64,000 nt of DNA from Lachnospiraceae bacterium (GTDB lineage Bacteria; Bacillota; Clostridia; Lachnospirales; Lachnospiraceae): the NCBI GenBank assembly GCA_017935565.1, contig JAGBHK010000021.1:39681-103680 (forward strand), in the 5' to 3' direction. The position numbers and the translations under genes are program-made. The stretch's first letter is position 1. Each line of letters begins with the position of its first letter. Below are positions 57,209-64,000 of the stretch, piece after piece. The notes beneath the pieces are model-generated. The model was not told the DNA's origin, searched no databases, and worked only from the letters and a program-made list of their open reading frames with translations.

Positions 57209-57769
57209 CTACATCTGTGCCTTTGTAATAAACATGTGCACATTAGTCTTGTATTCTTTACGTTTATATGCATTTAATCCTATTTCAGACAAATAATCAA
57301 ATTTAGTCTCCATAGATGCTTCAACGATTATTACAGTGTCTTCGTCTATTATACTACTATTTGCCAAAGAATACAAAACTTCTTTTTCAATTTCTTTATT
57401 ATATGGCGGGTCCATAAAAATTATATCAAATTTTTCACAGGATGCATCCATTTTTTTCAATGCAGCAAACACATCCATATAATAAACATTGGAGTCTTCA
57501 GTAAATCTTGTTTTTTCTAAATTTTCTTTTATACACCCTACTGCTTTCACGTTATTTTCAACAAAAGCAGCATATTTAGCCCCTCTACTCAATGCTTCGA
57601 TGCCAATTCCACCGCTACCTGCAAATAAATCCAAAAATCTACAATCATACAAATCAGAATTTATCATATTAAACAACGTCTCTTTTATTCTATCCGTTGT
57701 AGGTCTTGTATCCATACCTTCAATTGTTTTTAGCATGGTTCTTCGCGCCTTACCTGCAATAACTCGCAT
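57209..57769 (-). CDS. rsmD: 16S rRNA (guanine966-N2)-methyltransferase
   Basis: Start at MRVIAGKARR (GAGAGG upstream). DLFAGSGGIGIEALSRGA and MDPPY motifs. Confidence 0.9.
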   Translation of the reverse strand: MRVIAGKARRTMLKTIEGMDTRPTTDRIKETLFNMINSDLYDCRFLDLFAGSGGIGIEALSRGAKYAAFVENNVKAVGCIKENLEKTRFTEDSNVYYMDVFAALKKMDASCEKFDIIFMDPPYNKEIEKEVLYSLANSSIIDEDTVIIVEASMETKFDYLSEIGLNAYKRKEYKTNVHMFITKAQM

Positions 57770-57826
57770 TTTATACCTCTCAATAATAAAGTGCCGCATA
57801 AACGCGACACTTTATTTACTTAATAA

Positions 57827-58600
57827 TTAATTTTTCTTATAGAAGAATGAATGACTTGAAGTATAATTCAAATCTCTATAATTCATAATCTGTTCTGTAC
57901 TTCCAACAAAAAGATAACCATCACTTCTAAGTGCTTTGTTAAACTTTTTATATATTTCTTCTTTAGCTTCTTCTGTAAAATAAATCAAAACATTTCTACA
58001 TACAATTAAATCAAGTTTATCTGGATATGCATCATTTAATAAATTATGTTCTCTAAATTCAACACATTTCTTGATTTCATCTTTTATCTGATAATTTGAC
58101 AAACCAACCTTTGAAAAATATTTATTCTTCAAATCTTCTGGAAGACCAGCTAGGCTCTTTGCGCTATACAAACCAACTCTTGCTTTTTCCAAAACTTGTT
58201 TATCAATGTCTGTAGCAATAATTCTAATTCTGTTAAGTGGCATGAATCTTGATAACAGCATAACTAATGAATAAGGTTCATCACCTGTTGAACAAGCTGC
58301 ACTCCATATCCTAAGAGGACCAGAAGACGCTTTCATTAACTCAGGAAGAATTTTCTTTTCTAAAACATCCCACTGTTCAGGATTTCTCCAAAACTCTGAA
58401 ACATTTATAGTAAGATAATTAACAAATTCTTCAAAAAGATTTGAATCTTTTTTTATAGCATCAACATAATCATCATATGATTCATATTTATGTCTAGCAA
58501 TCAACGAATCAATTCTACGTTTCATCTGCTTTTCTTTATATGAACTTAAGTCGATTTTTGTTAATTTATATACCGGAGATTTAAACTGTTCGTAATCCAT
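57827..58600 (-). CDS. cheR: Chemotaxis protein-glutamate O-methyltransferase CheR
   Basis: 257 aa. FWRNPEQW, IWSAACSTGDEPYS, RNVLIYF. Confidence 0.9.
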   Translation of the reverse strand: MDYEQFKSPVYKLTKIDLSSYKEKQMKRRIDSLIARHKYESYDDYVDAIKKDSNLFEEFVNYLTINVSEFWRNPEQWDVLEKKILPELMKASSGPLRIWSAACSTGDEPYSLVMLLSRFMPLNRIRIIATDIDKQVLEKARVGLYSAKSLAGLPEDLKNKYFSKVGLSNYQIKDEIKKCVEFREHNLLNDAYPDKLDLIVCRNVLIYFTEEAKEEIYKKFNKALRSDGYLFVGSTEQIMNYRDLNYTSSHSFFYKKN

Positions 58601-58614
58601 AATTCACCACCAAA

Positions 58615-59703
58615 TTATTCTGCTTCTGACTCTTCTACAGTTTCTTCCACATCATCATCAATAGCTTTAATGCTTAAGCTAATCTTCTTATCATCACCAT
58701 TGAAATCAACAACCTTAGCTGTAATCTTTTCGCCAATCTTTAATGCATCAGCAGGCTTTTCAACATGTTCCTTAGAAATCTGTGATACATGAAGTAATGC
58801 ATCAATACCTTCTTCTAATTCAACGAAAGCACCGAAATCTGTCATTCTTGCAACTGTACCTGTAACGATTGTTCCGATAGCATATTTTTCAGCAGCTTTT
58901 GTCCATGGATTTGTTTCATCAAACTTAAGGCTTAATGCAACCTTTGTTCCACTGATTTCTTTAACGATAGCTTTTACTGTATCGCCAACCTTAAATACTT
59001 TCTTTGGATGTTCAATTCTACCCCATGACATTTCTGAAATATGTAATAAACCATCAAGTCCGCCAAGATCAACAAATGCACCAAAATCTGTAACATTCTT
59101 AATTGTACCTTCAACAACCTGACCTTCAGAAATCTTAGAAAGAATTTCTTCCTGAGCAGCCTTCTTAGCTGAAACAAGTAATGTCTTACGGTTACCAATG
59201 ATTCTTCTCTTCTTTGGATTGAATTCACTGATAACGAACTGAATTTCCTTGCCATTGTACTGGCTTAAATCTTTTTCAAATACGTCTGAAACAAGGCTTG
59301 CTGGAATGAATACTTTAGATTCATCAACTGTTACAGTAAGACCACCAGCCATAACCTGTGATACAGTAGCTGTTAATACTTCCTGATTCTCGAATGCTTC
59401 TTCAAGTCTCTTGTTTCCTTTTTCTGCAGCGAGTCTCTTGTATGTTAATAATACCTGACCTTCGCCGTCGTTTACTTTAAGAACTTTAGCTTCCATTGTA
59501 TCGCCAACTGACACAACTGTTGTAAGATCAACATTAGGTGTGTTAGTATATTCGCTTCTTGTGATGATACCATCTGATTTATAGCCAATGTTTAATACTA
59601 TTTCATCTTCCTTAACACTTATAACTGTGCCTTCAACGATTTCTCCTGTTCTTATAGTTTTTAATGATTCTTCTAACATTTGTTCAAAACTTAATTCTGA
59701 CAT
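58615..59703 (-). CDS. rpsA: 30S ribosomal protein S1 (four S1 domains)
   Basis: Start at ATG 59703 (GAGGAGG 9 nt upstream); the ORF-track start at 59721 is TTG lying inside that SD. Repeated S1 motifs (GxVxxVxxFGAFVDLGGxDGLLHISE). Confidence 0.85.
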   Translation of the reverse strand: MSELSFEQMLEESLKTIRTGEIVEGTVISVKEDEIVLNIGYKSDGIITRSEYTNTPNVDLTTVVSVGDTMEAKVLKVNDGEGQVLLTYKRLAAEKGNKRLEEAFENQEVLTATVSQVMAGGLTVTVDESKVFIPASLVSDVFEKDLSQYNGKEIQFVISEFNPKKRRIIGNRKTLLVSAKKAAQEEILSKISEGQVVEGTIKNVTDFGAFVDLGGLDGLLHISEMSWGRIEHPKKVFKVGDTVKAIVKEISGTKVALSLKFDETNPWTKAAEKYAIGTIVTGTVARMTDFGAFVELEEGIDALLHVSQISKEHVEKPADALKIGEKITAKVVDFNGDDKKISLSIKAIDDDVEETVEESEAE

Positions 59704-60538
59704 TATTTTGAACCTCCTCAATAATATTATTTGGGGTCGATGCCCCAGCTGTAATACCTACACTGACACAGGAGTCAGTTACCACACCTTCAACATCTGA
59801 AGTTGTCTGCACGTAGTAAGTATCTTTGCATTCTTCTTTACATATCTCGTAAAGTTTCTGCGTGTTTGAACTGTTTTTGCTACCAATAACCAGCATAGTG
59901 TCAACTTTCTTCGCAATTTCTCGCGCTTCAGTCTGTCTTTCACTAGTCGCATTGCATATAGTGTTCACAACAATACTATTATAATCTTTTTTTTCAATAA
60001 TTTCAACTAATTTATTAAATTTATTGTAATTAAATGTCGTTTGTGAAACTATACAAATCTTAGCATCTTTTTGTGTTTCAAACGCCCTTGCAGATTCCTC
60101 ATCATTAATGACTGTAGTTTTAGACGCTGACCACCCTTTTATGCCTAATACTTCAGGGTGATTTGCATTACCAATTATAATAATTTCATACCCATCATTG
60201 CTCTTTTCACTAACAATATTGTGAATCTTTTTTACAAATGGACATGTAGCATCTATAACTTTAATACCTTTAGCATTCAGTTGATTGTAAATATCCTTCG
60301 ACACACCATGCGCTCGAATAATAACTGTTGTATCATCAGAACACTCAATATCATTTATGTCATTAACAATTCTGGCTCCTTTAGACTCAAGGTCAGCCAA
60401 AACATGTTCATTATGAATTATAGGACCAAATGTATATATTTTATCATTTTTTCCCGATTCAACTTCTTTATAAGCCGTATCAACTGCGCGCTTCACGCCA
60501 AAACAAAATCCAGCACTTTTTGCAACAATAATATCCAT
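59684..60538 (-). CDS. ispH: 4-hydroxy-3-methylbut-2-enyl diphosphate reductase
   Basis: 284 aa. AGFCFGVKRAV, ATCPFVKK, TICNAT (three Cys ligands). Confidence 0.95.
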   Translation of the reverse strand: MDIIVAKSAGFCFGVKRAVDTAYKEVESGKNDKIYTFGPIIHNEHVLADLESKGARIVNDINDIECSDDTTVIIRAHGVSKDIYNQLNAKGIKVIDATCPFVKKIHNIVSEKSNDGYEIIIIGNANHPEVLGIKGWSASKTTVINDEESARAFETQKDAKICIVSQTTFNYNKFNKLVEIIEKKDYNSIVVNTICNATSERQTEAREIAKKVDTMLVIGSKNSSNTQKLYEICKEECKDTYYVQTTSDVEGVVTDSCVSVGITAGASTPNNIIEEVQNNVRIKF

Positions 60539-60549
60539 ATCTACTCCAA

Positions 60550-61212
60550 CTACATTTTATCATTAACAATTGAAACTATAGTATCTACAACTTCATCTAT
60601 CGACATTTCAGATGAATCAACTAAAATAGCATCATCCGCTTGTTTTAATGGTGCAATTTTTCTATTCATATCTCTGTAGTCTCTGTCAATGATATCCTGC
60701 TTAATTTCTTCAATATCGCATTCTTCACCTTTTTCAATATGTTCTAAAAATCTTCTTTTTGCTCTTGTGTCAACACTTGCTGTAAGATAAATCTTAACAT
60801 CTGCATCTTTTAATACATTTGTTCCAATATCTCTACCATCCATAATTACATTATATTCTTTTGCAAGTTCTCTTTGAAGGTTAAGAAGTTTTTCTCTAAC
60901 ACTTTCATAAACCGCAATAGATGATGTAACATGGGAAACTTCTTCAGTTCTGATATAATCATTTACAACTTCGCCATTAAGTAAAACTAACTGAATTCCA
61001 TCCTCATACTTAACAACGATATCCATTTCCTTACAAGCCAAAGAAACAGCCTCTTCGTCAGATTTATCAACACCATTTCTAATACAATATAATGCCATAG
61101 CTCTATACATAGAACCTGTATCAACATATACAAATCCTAATTTTTTAGCAACTAATTTTGCAATTGTACTTTTTCCAGCGCCTGCTGGTCCATCAATAGC
61201 TATATTAAACAT
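60550..61212 (-). CDS. cmk: Cytidylate kinase
   Basis: 220 aa. IAIDGPAGAGKST P-loop and DTGSMYRA. Confidence 0.95.
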   Translation of the reverse strand: MFNIAIDGPAGAGKSTIAKLVAKKLGFVYVDTGSMYRAMALYCIRNGVDKSDEEAVSLACKEMDIVVKYEDGIQLVLLNGEVVNDYIRTEEVSHVTSSIAVYESVREKLLNLQRELAKEYNVIMDGRDIGTNVLKDADVKIYLTASVDTRAKRRFLEHIEKGEECDIEEIKQDIIDRDYRDMNRKIAPLKQADDAILVDSSEMSIDEVVDTIVSIVNDKM

Positions 61213-61225
61213 ATTCTACCATCCT

Positions 61226-62452
61226 TTATAAATTTATTGCACACAAGTATCCCGTAGACCAAGCTACTTGCAAATTGTACCCACCTGTTAATGCATCAAC
61301 ATCTAAAACCTCACCAATAAAATATAAATTATTAATAAGTTTAGACTCCATCGTTCCAGGATTGATTTCTTTTACATTGATTCCGCCTTGAGTAATGATA
61401 GCCTCATTAAAATCTCTGGTAGAAATCGCTGTCATTTCAAATTCCTTAATTGTATTTACAAGAAGCATTCTCTCATTTTTTGTTATCTCATTTACCTTTT
61501 TATATGGTGAAATGCCTGTTCTTTCAATAATCACAGGTATCAATTTTTTAGGTAAAAGTTCATTAAGAGAATTTCTAAAATCCTTATTAAGCATTGTTGA
61601 AAAATCTCTAACAATTCTATCATCTAAAGTTTCTTTTGACAATGCAGGTTTCAAATCCAAAATCAATCTAATTTCTTCATGATTTGCCAAAAATTTACTA
61701 ACATAACTACTTCCAGATAATATAAGTGGCCCGCTTACTCCAAAATGGGTAAATAGCATTTCTCCAAAATCCTTATAAATTTCTTTATTACCTCTAAAAA
61801 ATGTAACTTCAACATTTTTCAATGACAATCCTTGTAATTCTTTATAAAACTCCTCTTTTATGTTTAACGGAACCAATGCCGGCAATATATCCGTCACTTT
61901 ATGTCCGTATTTTTTTGCGAACTTATATCCATCACCTGTAGAACCTGTTGTCTTATAAGAAAAACCGCCTGTTGCAACAATAATTTTGTCAAAAAATTCT
62001 TTAGTTCCATCAACAAAAACTATACCTTTTGCAACATTATCTTCTACAACGATATCTTTGATTTCAGTGTTTAAATGCACATTAACACCAGTGTTTTTCA
62101 ACTGTTTTTCTAAACATTTAATAACATCTACGGACTTGTCACTGGCAGGAAAAACCCTATTTCCTCTCTCATTTTTTGTTTCAAGTCCCCATTCATTAAG
62201 CATGCTAATAAATGTATCATTAGTTAATGTATAAAACGCACTATACATAAACTTCTCGTTTGTAACAATATTTTTAAACAAAACATCTATATCACTGCTA
62301 TTTGTAACATTACATCTACCTTTACCAGTGATATAGATCTTCTTACCTAACTTTTCATTTTTTTCAAAAAGATTAACTTTATGACCATTATTTGCTGCCG
62401 TGATGGCTGCCATCATACCTGCAGCGCCACCGCCAATTATCGCAACATTCAT
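61226..62452 (-). CDS. NAD(P)/FAD-dependent oxidoreductase, HI0933/BaiN-like flavoprotein
   Basis: 408 aa. IIGGGAAGMMAA dinucleotide fold. C-terminal EVLDVDALTGGYNLQVAWSTG. Confidence 0.85.
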   Translation of the reverse strand: MNVAIIGGGAAGMMAAITAANNGHKVNLFEKNEKLGKKIYITGKGRCNVTNSSDIDVLFKNIVTNEKFMYSAFYTLTNDTFISMLNEWGLETKNERGNRVFPASDKSVDVIKCLEKQLKNTGVNVHLNTEIKDIVVEDNVAKGIVFVDGTKEFFDKIIVATGGFSYKTTGSTGDGYKFAKKYGHKVTDILPALVPLNIKEEFYKELQGLSLKNVEVTFFRGNKEIYKDFGEMLFTHFGVSGPLILSGSSYVSKFLANHEEIRLILDLKPALSKETLDDRIVRDFSTMLNKDFRNSLNELLPKKLIPVIIERTGISPYKKVNEITKNERMLLVNTIKEFEMTAISTRDFNEAIITQGGINVKEINPGTMESKLINNLYFIGEVLDVDALTGGYNLQVAWSTGYLCAINL

Positions 62453-62465
62453 TATAAATCCATCC

Positions 62466-63410
62466 TTATTTAAAATCTGTCATTTCATCTTCGAGGCTTA
62501 TTATCTCATTATTCAAATCATTGACCATATTGATTTCATCTTTTGAATAAATCTGATATTCATCCCATACATTTTCAAGCATTTCCAATGTAGATATAAC
62601 CTTGTCTTGCTTTTTAACACACAAAGCTACAATCAATGCATTGATAACACTTAATGGTGCAACTAACGAATCAACAACCGAAGACATATCACTTCTTGCA
62701 AGAAGATTGCAAGAAGAATACAAATTCATAGGTGAATGCTTACAATCTGTTATTGTAATAACTCTTGCATTTCTATTATTGGCAAATTCCATAGCTTTAA
62801 GCGTTCTCATAGAATATCTTGGAAAACTAATTCCGATAATACAGTCTTCGTCCGTCATTCTAATCATTTGTTCAAATAACTCACTTGAATTATTTGTTGA
62901 AACAACAACTACGTCATCAAACATTAAATTCAAATAAAATCCAAGGAAACTAGCCAAAGGTGCACAACTACGAATACCAACAATATATATTCTTTTAGAA
63001 TCTAATATCGTTTCTACTGCTGCTTCAAAAGCATCTCTATCAATAGTATCAAGAGTAAGTTTTAATTTTTCGGCATCCGCTTTCAAAACTGTTTCTAATA
63101 TTTCTTGTCTTGAAAGGTTTTTGGAAGAAATTTCAATTTTTTCAATTGAATTAAGTTTTTCCTGAACCATTACCTCTAATGCTTTTTGAAATTCAGGATA
63201 ACCTTTGTAGCCTAAAAGTGTAGCAAATCTAACAACTGTAGATTCACTAACACCAACTTCCTTGCCTAATTTAGCAGCTGTCATAAATACAGCCTTTGAA
63301 TAATGCATTGTTATGTAATTTACTATTTTTTTCTGACCCTTACTCATAGAAGAAAGTTTTTCACTCATTCTCTGAGTAAGATTCATTTTTCTTAAGTCTT
63401 CGTTACCCAA
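62466..63410 (-). CDS. MurR/RpiR family transcriptional regulator (HTH plus SIS domain)
   Basis: 314 aa. N-terminal HTH (AKLGKEVGVSESTVVRFA) and a SIS-like C-terminal half. TTG start at 63410 with AGGTGG upstream. Confidence 0.9.
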   Translation of the reverse strand: MGNEDLRKMNLTQRMSEKLSSMSKGQKKIVNYITMHYSKAVFMTAAKLGKEVGVSESTVVRFATLLGYKGYPEFQKALEVMVQEKLNSIEKIEISSKNLSRQEILETVLKADAEKLKLTLDTIDRDAFEAAVETILDSKRIYIVGIRSCAPLASFLGFYLNLMFDDVVVVSTNNSSELFEQMIRMTDEDCIIGISFPRYSMRTLKAMEFANNRNARVITITDCKHSPMNLYSSCNLLARSDMSSVVDSLVAPLSVINALIVALCVKKQDKVISTLEMLENVWDEYQIYSKDEINMVNDLNNEIISLEDEMTDFK

Positions 63411-63421
63411 CTCTATACCAC

Positions 63422-64000
63422 CTATTTTTCAAATTTGCACAAAAATTCTCTTGTTCTTTCATTCTTTGGATTATCAATAACTTCTTGTGGTGTACCATCT
63501 TCAACAATAACGCCATTTTCCATAAAAATAACTCTGTTAGAAACTTCTCTTGCGAAATTAATTTCATGAGTTACGATAACCATAGTCATTTTCTCATCAG
63601 CAAGTTCTCTTATTACTTTAAGAATTTCACCTGTAAGTTCAGGATCAAGCGCACTTGTAGGTTCATCAAAGAACAAAATCTTTGGATTCATACAGAGGGC
63701 TCTTGCTATAGCAACTCGCTGTTTTTGTCCACCTGATAACTGATATGGATAAGCATGTTTTTTATCTGATAAACCCATTTTTTCTAAAAGAGCATCACAC
63801 CTTGCTTCCACTTCATCAAAATCCCTTTTATGAATGTTAACTGGTGCATCCATAATATTCTTCATTACATTATAATGAGGAAATAAATTGAAATTTTGAA
63901 ATACAAGACCAAAATATCCTTGTATTCTTTTCAAATCCTTTTTTTTCGCATATACTGCATTTCCATTTGAATCGTTTAAAACGGCATGCTCTCCAAGATA
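63422..64000 (-). CDS. Amino-acid ABC transporter ATP-binding protein (5' end beyond the window)
   Basis: LSGGQKQR signature, Walker B ILFFDEPTSALD, H-loop VTHE. My translation shows the frame stays open upstream of the ORF-track start, to position 64000 (...YLGEHAVLNDSNGNAVYAKKKDLKRIQG...). Confidence 0.9.
   Translation of the reverse strand, partial: YLGEHAVLNDSNGNAVYAKKKDLKRIQGYFGLVFQNFNLFPHYNVMKNIMDAPVNIHKRDFDEVEARCDALLEKMGLSDKKHAYPYQLSGGQKQRVAIARALCMNPKILFFDEPTSALDPELTGEILKVIRELADEKMTMVIVTHEINFAREVSNRVIFMENGVIVEDGTPQEVIDNPKNERTREFLCKFEK

Overview
This is a 64-kb, visibly AT-rich chromosomal segment. Its gene content and synteny fit a low-GC Firmicute of class Clostridia that sporulates (ytfI/ytfJ, ylbJ) and is probably motile (cheR, FlhB-like and FliK-like genes). 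I support about 62 protein genes, and all but four (rpmB, yraN, tmcAL, ylbJ) lie on the minus strand.

Most of the window is conserved housekeeping synteny:
- ddl, recG-yloV-asp23 and rpmB
- metF and split metH
- ytfJ-ytfI
- lysA-gpsA-plsY-der
- rnhB-rbgA-rplS, and trmD-rimM-ylqC-rpsP-ffh-ylxM
- ilvA, then ftsY-smc-rnc-acpP-plsX-rpmF-yceD
- ackA-pta and tmcAL
- the UPF0210/ACT pair and pepD
- coaD-rsmD, cheR, rpsA-ispH-cmk

I see no rRNA, tRNA, CRISPR array, transposase, integrase, phage gene or recognisable defence gene. I cannot point to a clear novel multi-gene system.

The features worth a second look are:
1. plsX (in-frame TAA) and plsY (-1 frameshift) are the only two broken genes. They encode consecutive steps of one phospholipid pathway.
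2. A family-like set of GC-rich, hairpin-dense intergenic blocks sits in this AT-rich background. One is a 144-bp insertion flanked by a 14-bp direct repeat that duplicates the ribosome-binding site and start of the downstream gene. One is a roughly 102-bp tandem duplication. A 26-nt motif recurs just after two unrelated stop codons.
3. Two accessory insertions interrupt otherwise universal gene pairs. One is an AT-rich four-gene cassette with two FtsX-type permeases and no ATPase, between asp23 and rpmB. The other is a BY-kinase module plus an Ig-like surface protein, between trmD and rplS.
4. Two uncharacterised genes are translationally coupled to the ytfI-ytfJ sporulation genes.

All functional calls rest on motifs and synteny read by eye. 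No database search was run.
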